The position numbers and the translations under genes were made by a program. DNA of 64,000 nt, from the NCBI GenBank assembly GCA_963924565.1, contig OZ004610.1:9362001-9426000 (forward strand), written 5' to 3'. This document shows positions 41,095-53,000 of the stretch, in pieces. The notes below the pieces were generated by a model, which was not told the DNA's origin, ran no database searches, and saw only the letters and a program-made list of their open reading frames with translations. This DNA comes from Ascidiella aspersa (taxonomy: Eukaryota). The stretch's first letter is position 1, and every line of letters starts with the position of its first letter.

Positions 41095-44000
41095 ATGGTA
41101 TTTTTGCCGCAAGACGCCACTGCTTCGGCGCATAACATCGCGCTGGGCGATCAGTATTTTGACATAGGGAAGTTCAATCAGACGCCAGAGCACTTGCTAC
41201 AGGGCTTTGATTGTTCGCTGCAAATGCAACCACCTCCGGTATGTTGCACAATTCTACAGTTTCTTGTGCCTTTTCGTTTTGATTGAATGAATTGCTTGTT
41301 GAGTGCTCCAATGCCAGCGGTAGCTTGCCACTCTTCCAAGTAGCATATAGGTCTACTGCTGGTATTTTTAACTGCAGAAAGGTTGCTGTTACAATTGCTT
41401 TCAATGATAACCGAAGACGTTTTTCCTTTTTGTGTACAGAACATGATTTTGGTTCAAGTGAACCCCGGGGAAACGTTTACGATACAGGATGATGCCACCT
41501 ACAGAAGTATATCAGGTACATATATTTGGTTTAATCTACAGTGTTTTAAAATCGTTTTGTATATTTATACATGGTGGCTGCTCTATGCATTATATTATTA
41601 AATTGTTGATTTTTCTGAAAATGTATCTAAAAAATATTGCCGTATAGTACATAAAGGCTTAATGATTTGTTTTTAGCTAAAATTTTGTTGAATTAAGTGT
41701 TAATACATTTTGTGTTACCTACGAACTGTAAATATGTAGAATTTACAAGCTGTTTCTTTAATCTTAACAATAACCGTTAACAATTGGCCAAACCTGTAAA
41801 CTGACAGCTATATTCTTTGTCCATCTATGGTTGTAATATTTTGTTCGTGGTCTATTCCAATTAATATATTGATGTATATGCTTCACTGGTATAGTAATAT
41901 TGCATTTATCAGGACCTGCTCAAGTCCCTATGGTGTTACACAATGGCACCATACCACCAATCTTGGTGCCACCCGGCTACATTTCAAGAGTAATCGAAGA
42001 GAACGGAGTAAGGCGGGTGGTGGTGCTACCTAGTGGCAATCCCGCCCTGGATGGTCATCCGGGGTTTATTGGCACGCCGACGATCCAACCCCACCACTTT
42101 CCAGTGCATAGTTTCCACCCTTCGCAGTATATGCACCCCACATCAACTATATTTCCGCATGTGAGTGTTTTTATTTGTGCGGTATCTTTGCTCAATCCAT
42201 ATCAAGTGTCACATTGTCTCTTGTAAGCGTTGTTATTGTAATCAGAACTGTTATATTGGAAACAGGAAAACCAATACCCTGACTAAGCTTTGTGAAAGAT
42301 TACTCATTCATAAATATGTGTCTGTCTTGTTGTGGTCTCTTTTTTGTCTCAGTTTTCAATTATATTACCTTCTAGTATCTACTGCTGTTTTTCACTGAAA
42401 TCTTCCTATAATCAATTTATCCATAATATGTTCAAATATTAAGTATATGTATATATTGTCAATTTAGTTCCTTATATTTGTATATTTTAATCCTTGTTTA
42501 TTTCTCTTTTACTGAGAGAAAAACAAGTCCATGTAGTTTTTTTCTTAAATTGTTAAAAAAATTGTTTGTTGTGTTTTAAGATGATCCACAACCATCCTGA
42601 TGGCGGGGTCCAACTAATACCTCAGCACACTGCTCTCTATTTACCTGAAGAGGTTGCAACAGGTGAGAGCCGTGCACATTGCTCCCACAAGTTTACCTGT
42701 AGTACAAGCAGCAGTTTTAACCAGTTAATGATTAACCAACTGCTTAAAAGTTTTTTTTTTATGTTTCATTAAACAGTCAGGATAGCACCTGAAAGCAAAG
42801 GAGAACAATCAATTCCAGTGAGCAGGTCATTAGAAGTCTGGCCTGAACGCCTCGAGGGTTCTTCTCAAATCGAGGTTTATCAAGTAACCGATCAGCAACA
42901 GAACAAGATGGAGATGAACATTACAGATCAACAGCTAGCCAGCAGCTCATTGCAGCCAGTGCATTATTACTCGCCGGTTTTTGCCTGTTGCAAGAATTGT
43001 GTAGATGTCTTGCCAAGTGAGTCTAGTACCGACCAAAATATTCCAGAGGCGGCAAAAAGCAGATCGGTGGGACTGCAAGTGAACATGTACAAGGAGGCAG
43101 CGCCCAAGTGTATGTATTATTCAGAGCTAGTGCAAGCTGTGTATATGTTTTGCCATAGAAGGAAAATTAATGGCTTTTCCTTTGCAAGTTTTCAATTGAA
43201 GTGGCTAAGGTAACTCCGTGTAGAAAAAGGTTTAATGTAAACTGTGCATACATTGTTTCAGTACAGACAAAATATGATTAGTTGCAAGGGCCTAGTTGAA
43301 TGTTGAATCTACAGCGGGCTGTGCTTAAACCAATTGAAAATGCCACTTGAATGGGTACCTACAGGCTCAGTGAAGCGACTAGTGTTTAGTATTTGTTACA
43401 CGTGTGTGTTTGTGTCAATGCGCTGCCTTGTGATTTGACACAGCACTCATAGGCATTATGAGGGTTTCCTATGTAGCTGAAAGGTTAATTAGGCATGTGT
43501 TCGTTTCCAGTTCAGCGCACTGTTCTTGTGTGAATGTTTCTTTCAATAATTGATAGTTTATACCTAGTGAGTTTGACAAAGGCGGGCCTAGCCCTTTTTT
43601 GGTAGAATTAGTCCATACTTTATAAAAATTATTACCTATTTCTATGTTGTATTTAACCAAATGTCACAATTTGTTTAAAAAAAACGTTGTCGTTAATCAT
43701 TTGCCCATAAATAGGCAAATATTGTTTTGCTGTAAACGTAATATTACTCTGTTAAATAGTTCATAACCGCGTCGTATTTTCCTTTAACGTCAAATAAAAT
43801 AACAGAGAAAATTAAAAAAACGTAAAATTGTGCTGTAAATAAAACAAACGATTCGCCCTGCCCAAGTAACACGGATCGTCTCGCCTTGCACAGATCCGTC
43901 CGACAACTCGGTAAGCTCGTCGGAGGACAGTTCACATTCCACAGGCGCTGCCGGCAGCCCTGCCATGCACCCCTCTGGCTCCCCACAGGCCAAGAGCCAC

Positions 44001-47000
44001 ACCCAGGAGCGTCTTCAGAAGAAGCTGCACAAGCGACAGCAGCAGCAGCAAAAACAGTCGGACGCCAGCAGCCACGAACCCTCGTCGGTTACGTCATCGC
44101 CCTCGTCATCTTCTTCCTTTGTGTCGTCACAAAGCCCGAGCCCTGACCCGCAGGCACTGTCGTTTGTCACCAACGGCCACCTCCCACTCAATCCCCATCA
44201 ACAGCAGCAGCAACAAGTGGGAGGCAAGTCGCCGCTTAACCTGAGTCCCGAGCACTTTGTGCCGCATTACGTCGGCGCCGGTGGCGTCAACTTCGCCAAC
44301 GTGCACGCAAGGCCCGTGTTTCCCAACTTCGCCTTACCGCAAGGCGTCATTCCGATGCCCATGCCGCACAGGAACAACAATTCCGAAGAGCCCGCCTTCG
44401 AGCCGCCCCTGGTCGCCAAAGAAGGAAATGTCGGCGCTGTTGTAGGTGGGTAGCCTAGCCATTGCCGGTCGATAGCCCGGCGTTTATGTGATTTTAGCCC
44501 TCAGCGTCCGTGCACTGCAATAGGCCGCCACTTAGAGGGGATTAGACCAGGTCCGAGCCGCGGGGAAACCGCTGTCTTGTCTGAATTCCAGACGTTTCGC
44601 TTTTCAAACAAAAGGGTTCTCGCCCGGAGTGCCAGTTGAAAACTGGAGACCGACTTTAAAGCTCTCCCGACAGCCGTGTGTAATGGCAAGCGTCGCTTTG
44701 TTTTCTTTTGCGCCCCGGAGTAGTGAAATTCGCACCCTTGGCAATGACTACCCGTCTCTCTCTGCAGATGCGTGTGGCCGCTTTGTGTTTTTTGTCTTGA
44801 TCGCTAACCTGTCATCAACTTTTTGCCTCCACAGAAACCCCGCTTTTCTCCACCCTGGCCGAACTGCTGGACTCGGTCGCAAAGCCAGAGGTAAATTAAC
44901 TTTATTAATGATTAGGACTAAAACTGTTGTATTTATGTTTCGTGAGGTGCAAAAACGACGAGGAATTTTGTTTGTCCCTAGTATATGTTTGTTTGGATTT
45001 TTCATTCAAAAAAAAAAATTCGTCATACAAACTAATAATTATGCGTTCTTAAAGTTACGAGCAAATATTGGCTAAAATTTATTGCAACGAATGAAGGATA
45101 AAGTACCTTGAACATTCATTTGTGAAAAACCAATGCATGGCAATTAAAAAAAACGAGCGTATAAATACAAGAGGAGGCCATCCACTTTTTGCGTACCCCT
45201 TGGTTACGCCTATGCTTTCGACCAATGCATACCAATCCTTCCATACTATCCACACGCGTTTAAGAGCACAGAATCCCTTCGATTTCCTCGCTTTTATTCA
45301 TCCTTTGTAAACCGCGCTTCGCCGCTCGTCAGTCCACATTGGCGAGCGGCTTAAAGGCTCTCGTCGTCGGTCAGCAAAAAATCTTTGACCTTTGTGTCGG
45401 CTTCCCGCGCAGGTTCGCGACCTCCAGCCACGCCGAGCCCACGTGACCTGGCCAGCTGTGCCGCTTCAAAGGGCCACCGACGAGCTAAGGGCGATCGTCG
45501 AAGCGAGCAGCAACGCGCCGCTTTCCTTCGAGCTGCAGCTTTCCCATAGAAAGCGCGACTCGGGCAAGTTCCACGTCGTTTACAGGTGGGACCACGCCGA
45601 GTGCTTTTTTGCGTTTCACCGCCGCCTTATTCGGGCATGAGCCGTTTCTTGCGCTCGTTACTTAGACGCACTGTTCTATGAAAAAGGTCAAGCGTTGGTC
45701 GAAAACCACGCGCGTTAGCTAATGAATTGATGGAAAGCAGTATTTTTTTAGGACCTTCCAAATTAGGAGTCTGCTTGTAACCGCAGGGTTGCTTCTAAGG
45801 CTTAAAATATTTAATTGTCTTTGGGTATATTTGCATTTATTTCATAGAAAAAAGTGTGGGAAGTGATAACCGTGCACAACTGTGCTATTTTCGTTGCTTT
45901 TATGTAAAACAGGCCATACAATTCGAGTTACTCAGTGGCCCGTGGATTAACTTTAATAATATATTTGGCATTTATCGATCACCTAAATGCCATCATTTTT
46001 ATAACGGTTTTCATTTTCTTTCCTTTATTAACGAAGTATCAATCAAATAACACACGAAAAGGCTGTCATTGCAGATTCAACACCTTGTATAATTTTCGAT
46101 AAACCCGGTTAATATAATTTAACCCGATTGTATAATTTCCGAAAAACCCGGTACCCAGTCAACGTTGTACCAAACAAGTTGCGTACGCATGACAGAGTAG
46201 AGCGCCGAGGTCAGGCGAACGAAACAATTCAAAGCATGCGTCTTGACCAGAGCGCCTCGTGACCTCTTTAAACACACGCAGGGCATGCGACAGCACACAA
46301 TGGCCTTTGCGAAAATGTGAATTGGTTTAGCGGCACCTGCTACGGGGAACAACATTCGAGATCGCGCCACAGGTCCAGAGGCCTTTTGTCGCAGTACGTG
46401 CGACTCGTTTGCTTACAGGAGCGCCGCGATTCAATTGGCTTTTAATTGATCTTATAAATAATTGACGCAAATCGGTATCGCTCATGTTTCGCCTACCCCG
46501 GCTTGCCGTTTGCAAATCTGAAATAGCCAATCGATGCGGCGTCGAGCGCAAAATACATATAGAGCCCGTTTTAAAGTTGTTACACGCGCCAAGCGTTTTC
46601 CTGTGCTGGCAATTGGGCAGCAGTGTTTGCGGGAGGGAGCTGGCAAAAAGTTCAACACAAACCCCGAGTGATTTTTCCTTGTCGATAACATGACCTTTTT
46701 TATCGCTTGGCGGAAGGCCGAATGCGAGATACGGTGACAGCATTGAAAACAAGATATCAGTAAAATTAAACTGAATATTGCGTTAAAGGGGTAAGCCACA
46801 ATCAGTTCGGGATACGCCAATGTACACGCCTCAACCGTTGGTAGAATGGGCGAAAATGTTTGCTGGCAAACACCAGGACGTGTTCTACCATTTAATTTTC
46901 TTTTCCCACATCATAACACGTACGCGCCCTTGTTCCAGACAAATGAGAAAATCTGACAGTTATTAAACGGCAAAGTTTAGGTTTATGGCCTTTTGTAATG

Positions 47001-50000
47001 TAAAGATATGTTCCAAATGCCTTGACTGCAATCGCACCAGTTACGAAGGAAAGATGCCTCTTCGTGGTCGTTTTGACCCACAGCCAAAATAAACTAAGGC
47101 CCCCCGAAGCTGCGTAACGTTCAGCTCAAAAATATTAAAACACATACATACCGGTGACGCTCTTTTAGTTACCTTGTGAGCGTCAGCTGATCGTCGTACC
47201 TTTATTACCCAAAGGAAATTACCAGTAGCAAGGCGTTGTCGCTTTTCCACGCATATGACGCAATTGCCTATGTCGCGAATACGCGAATTACTCCATTGTT
47301 GCTCTCGATCTAGTATGGACGACCTATATAAAACAGTGCGCCTATTTTGGAGGGGGTCGGTGCACTCGTTAGGCGCTGCCTTTGATTGGTCACCTACGTC
47401 AGTGGTGGCGTAGAACGGCGCCTATATATAGTTTACCAGTGGAAGTCACACGCTTGCTTCAGTGACTAAGCTATATTGTTATCGCGTCTATTTGTGTTTA
47501 TTGCAGCGGCACCGAAAGATACCACGAGCTCTGCGACCTACGCCCCGGATCGGAGTACCACGTCAGGTAAGGATTTTCCTCTTATATTATTAAGTGCGAT
47601 TTTTGATCGCTCCCCGATACGGCTTGCCTGAATTTATTATACACCCTACTCGCGTGCTATGAAGGCTGTTTTCGTTTTGGGACCCAACTTGGAATTATTA
47701 TGTATTGTATCTTTTTTTAGTTGTAAGTTTCCATTGTTTAAGTTATTTTAAAACCATTGGTTTTCAGTCTACTGTAAAACGTTCCAGAAAGTTAACTAAT
47801 TGCAAACAAAAAAAAACATCGAAAAATGTCTTTTAAACACGGCGAGTCCAACCAGTCATAACATGTTGCCATAGTACTTCTAAAACCTATTTAGACCTCG
47901 AAATTAATAATGTGTTATAAAGCTTCTACGTTAACAGAGAACGGACACAGACCGTTGTGTTCGTTTGTCAAGATATGTTATTGAAAACCCAATTACAAAG
48001 TAATTTCTGGCTAATTTACTTATTTTATCCAGTTTTTTGGAAGTGATAGTACAAAGTAAAACAACACCTGTTCGTTTGTCAAATTTCAAATTGGACTTAA
48101 AAACTGGCCAAGGCAGACGTTTTCCATATTATAATTATACTGTTTAGGCCTCGAAATAAATATTGTGTTAAAAAGCTGTCCTGTCAAACGAGAAGAGGTA
48201 CAGTCGCTTGTCAAAATACCCTGTTTCAAATCGGCCTTAAAAACTAGCCAAGTCCGACGCTTTGATATACAGCGCACTATAAAGGGCTCCGCAGCACGCG
48301 TAGAGCGAACAATGCGTACGCGAAATGTCGACGTGGAAGCGGACAGGATTGGCGCGCAGATCGCTTCGTTTCCGTGCCGTACGCGGCCTCATACAATCTG
48401 CGCGCCCTTTGCTGGCAATCTGAGCAACAGTTTCGCGGAATCATCGGCCGTTTGACAAGGCATTAGCAGCACGCGCGCAGGCAAATGTGCTATACGCCGA
48501 CTGTGTTAGGTAGAATTGTTAATCGGTTGAACACAAGACGTTTCGCAGTATTTATGAGGCGAGTCGGCCACTCTCCCTCTGCAAAACCTGTCAAAATGTA
48601 TTTTATTCAATTAGAGACCAATTCACATAAACCATGTGTCCTATCAGACAAGACGCTCACATTGTGTGTGTGTTTGTATGCATATGCCAGATTGAACGAC
48701 TAACTCAAAGCAGCCGGCTTCATTTTTTGCCATCCTTTCCTACCGTTTGATATCACTGCTTTCAAAGCACCTACTAATTCAGGCAACGTTTGAAAACTGG
48801 CCTATTTGAGCCAGCTATACGTTAACTGCATACTCCTTTATACGTACACAGGGTCTTGGCCTGCTGCAGCCAACACAGAGGAAGCCAGTCGGAGACCTGC
48901 ACGTTCCTTACGCTCAGCAGCGAACCCGACGCCCCGCCGCCCCCCAAAGTTACAAACCGCACCAAGAATTCCCTTGTCCTCAAATGGACGGTGAGTGTAG
49001 TGATTGCACCCCGCCGCCTTTTCATATTTCTCGTTTTTCTCCCCGCCTCGCTGCCTGTCAGTGGCTTTTGCACCTTCTGATCTTGTTGTCCTAATTGCGT
49101 TTTACGCTTCGGATGGCCGTTCGCGCCGCGAAAAGGGCTTTTTTGTGACATATGCGCTGCGGAGGTGTGCTCTCGGCCATTGTAAAACCTCCAGACGCTT
49201 TTGAGTTTCAGTCGCAAAAACAGAGAAAATCAAATTAAATCACCAAACATATGGTAAGACGCGTGCAAGTCAACTGGTTTCCAACCAGGATGCCAAGAGC
49301 TATTTCGAATTCTTTAAGACTCACATTTTCTGCTCCTCTAGTATTCCTATTGTTACAATAGTTGTTGTGCGTTAAAATGGTATATATATATCGTTATAAA
49401 CAATATGTACAGTTGATAAAGATGGTTTAAATTTCGTTTAATGTGTGAAACTAGTGAAATGCAAGTAATGGGTCCTAATCCATGTATGTTATGTTTTGCG
49501 CACCGTAAGCCAAGCAGGTTAGGAACTACCAAGTTAGCTTTTGAAAATTGAAGTATTCAGTTATACCTGGCAATCGACGTTTAAAACTGTGTTTACACCC
49601 TTATTAGGAAATGGAAAGTTTGTCTAATTTCGTAGCATGGACTTTAAACTCGTGGTGGTATTCAACCTTGCGAGATTCAATAGCATTCCGATTATATGTG
49701 CTGCAGTTATATGTAGTCTGGACCCTACTCACCCCAACCCCTTACCAACGAACTTAGCGCACAATACCCGAGTCTTTGGCCGACCTCAGTGCATCGCAAT
49801 TTTCAACGGCGCTTGTATGACAGGCGAGCGTACTTCCTCAGGCCTCCAGCACCGAATATGTAGCCCGAACTGCGCGCCAGCCTGCTGAGTGCTGACGTAG
49901 TTGCCTGTTCTTTTTCCGTTCGCCCGCATTGTGAATACGCAAAGTGCTTGGTCGTTTTCGACTGGCCAAACGATGATGAATTGAACCCGTGCTGATATCT

Positions 50001-53000
50001 CAAAAGACATATGCACTCGGATGGTGAATTCTGGCATTTAGGGGCAAGTAGTGTCGTCTGCATTAGATTGCCAATTAGCCCTGAGCAGTATGCATCATGC
50101 ATCAATTGCGATATGAGTAAATACTAATATATGCCTGACGTTTTCTTCTCTGTTCAGTTGTTTGGCTTTAAAATTATCTTTTTTTGTTTTCATTCAATGT
50201 TGCCACATAGTCTTTGAATCTAGGTCTTTGAATTGTTTAACGTATTAAAAATAAAAAGTCTTTGGAAAACCATATGTTGTAAAAAAATGTTGAATTTGTT
50301 TTGAATACTAGCTTAAATTTTGTGTTTGAGTGTCAATGTAAAACCAATTTTTTAATATTTGCTATTCCGTTAACCATGGCATTTTATTTGTTTTGTTTTC
50401 GACTTCCCAAGCGATTCAATTTATAGGTCGAAAGCTACAAATTTTCTTTGAAAGGCTTTTGAATTTTTATTCATAACGGTGTTTGGCAAGTGGCAACCCT
50501 GTTAAGCTGTATTGCTTTTAAATCAAGAATGTAAATTCCCTTTAAACAATAATGTCAATGACCTTACCGCATCTTGGACGCGTTGTTGTCTTAACCCCAG
50601 GAACGGGAACTGCGTATTCGGCGAGACGATCTATATTGACGCGCGGTGCTCGGGGTCTTTAGGTAAATATTCCCCAAAGCTTGAGTTATCGGTTGGCCGC
50701 AATTTTCGGCAAATATTTGACCTAGCATCAAATAGCGGATGTTGACCTTGTGGTTGCGACGCTTATACACAAATCGGCAATATTTACGTTGTTTTTGACT
50801 GATGGTGGGCAAGTTAAGCTGTTTCGTGCCTTTGTGTAAGGTTGAAAAGGTAGCCAGCGCGATATGTCATTTGCTCTCTTCGACTGCAAAAGTGCAACAT
50901 ATGTAAAACAAATCATGTGTATAAAACTTTATGGCAAAAACTTTATTCGCTAACATTTTCAAGAAATTTCCACACAACGCATAGTAACAGTCTGTGTTCC
51001 AAAAATGCCGATTTTACAAATTACGTTGTTTCGAGAAAAAAACTTGCAATGTAAGCGAATTTGACCAAACCACCTCACAACCCTTCGCAATGTCCGGTAA
51101 ATGTGAGTGGGAGCGCTGAAATAATAATTTCATCACAGATTTGTGGATTACTTCTTCAGGTTTGGGTATTGGATTAGGATTTTTGTATGGTTAAGGCCGC
51201 GGTGACAAGGCCGCGGTCCACTAAAAATCAGCTCATTTATAAAAGCGATTCCGTAAAAGCAATCGCCATTTCAACTTTCTCAGCTCTGTTTGTCTAATCT
51301 CGGCGAAAAGGATCGCTACCCGGACATTCCGAACTATTTGCCGTCCACTTCAACTTCGAGAACCACTTTGCTGCTGGCGCGTTTGCACAGACGAGGATAC
51401 AGTGCGTAAAATCCATGAAGACGACGAGTCCATAATAATATAACGTTTTCAGCCTTGGTCGAATTTTTTTGCAAAGGGACCCAAAAAAATATTCTTGATA
51501 GACCCGTTTTTCAGCGTTCAGACGTATTTGGCCAATTACCATCTCGTTTTTAGTAGAATTGCGTCTTAGACAGAACGGCACCATTTGACCCCTTCAAATA
51601 TAAGTTAACTCTCGGTTCACTGTTAAGTTACTTTATGTCGGCTCTGTTGAAACGGTATTTACGCCCATGCTTCATAATTGTGGTTCGCGGGACCCTTCGG
51701 ACTACGTAAACTAGTTTCAAGAGGCTGAAAAAGAGAAATTTTTGGCCTAAAAAGTTAGAACCCCAAGAAGATATTGACTGAAACGAAGCAAGTGTATCCA
51801 TCTTATTAACTTTCCCTATATAGCTTCTCTGAATCACTCAAATATCACAAGGGGTCCATTTTTATAGGTTTGGAAAGCACTGTTTTAGGCCCTCTGTCAT
51901 CGCAATCCAACTGGGTTTAAAATGTTCGGCCGGTTAACATCGTCAATTTCAAGTCCAATACAAGCTTACTATGCAATATAGTTATAGTGTGTAGAGCTGA
52001 TCACACTGGGCAGCCGGACACAGATAAATGATACGAATGGAATTGTCCGTTGGCTGCAGTTTTTCGCGTCTTTAGCCCAACATATGCTTCGAAAAACACA
52101 TTAAGCACGTAGACCTCAGTCTGCGCAACAAAACTCAGACACCGGTCGCCCGTGCTTGTCGCTGTTGTTACAACTTGCGCCCGCCAAAAGGTTGTCGAAC
52201 ATCAACACAGTGGCTCTGGCGGCTTGATTGGAATCGGCTGCTGCCGCTGTAAGGTGTCACGCGACCGCCGTTCGCGGCAGGAAGTGAGCATTGGAGCACA
52301 ACTACTTCCTCGATCGCGCGTCCACTTGCGTCACACCCGCATCCCCTTCTTTCCCTTTCGCCGCCAAATAATCAGCAGTAGCTCAGAAGTGCCGACAAAC
52401 AAGTCCGTTTGCATCCATCCCTAAGCGCGCGCGGATCTCTACCGCTGCGTCCGGATGTGGCCTGTGCGTTTTATGGCTAAGAACTGCGTGAACATACCAA
52501 CGAAATCGAACAGACGAAGAGCCAAGGTGATTTGGCGAAAGGTCGTGTTGTACACCTAGTTATGTAGACAATTACACGTGCTTCAAAATGAACTGGCCCT
52601 TACTTAAAACCCAAGTTACCTATTCGAAGCGGTTTTGTCAGAGAAAACGATATCGTCCATGAATTCTGACGAATACGCAACCGTACTTTTGCATTGTGCT
52701 TTGTGTTCCGTTTGAACGGTCAACGGGCAGAAACTATTGACTAAAACGCAAGTACACAACATGCAACCCACGAGCCGCATGCGACCTGAGCAACTCTTTT
52801 AATGCCATCTGTTAACATTTTTGTTTCACTATTAGAATGAAACCGGATTTGCTTTGTTGTAATGCGCGATCTCAACAAATACGCGATGTCTGTTTCATGA
52901 AAGTTAATTTAGTCACAGGAGAGGGTTTCATTTTTACTGTTTTATAAACACGGTATGTGGAGCTGAGGTTAATGTTATGATGCTGCCTGCAAATTGCGGC

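Noticed and set aside
46690-46796. Strong donor GGG|GTAAGC as another coding first exon
   Set aside because: Upstream ATG frames hit stops before the donor. At most a non-coding exon, and unsupported.
49973-50084. C/D box snoRNA candidate (ATGATGA..CTGA..CTGA)
   Set aside because: No terminal stem and no recognisable rRNA/snRNA guide. It would need a snoscan or Rfam hit.
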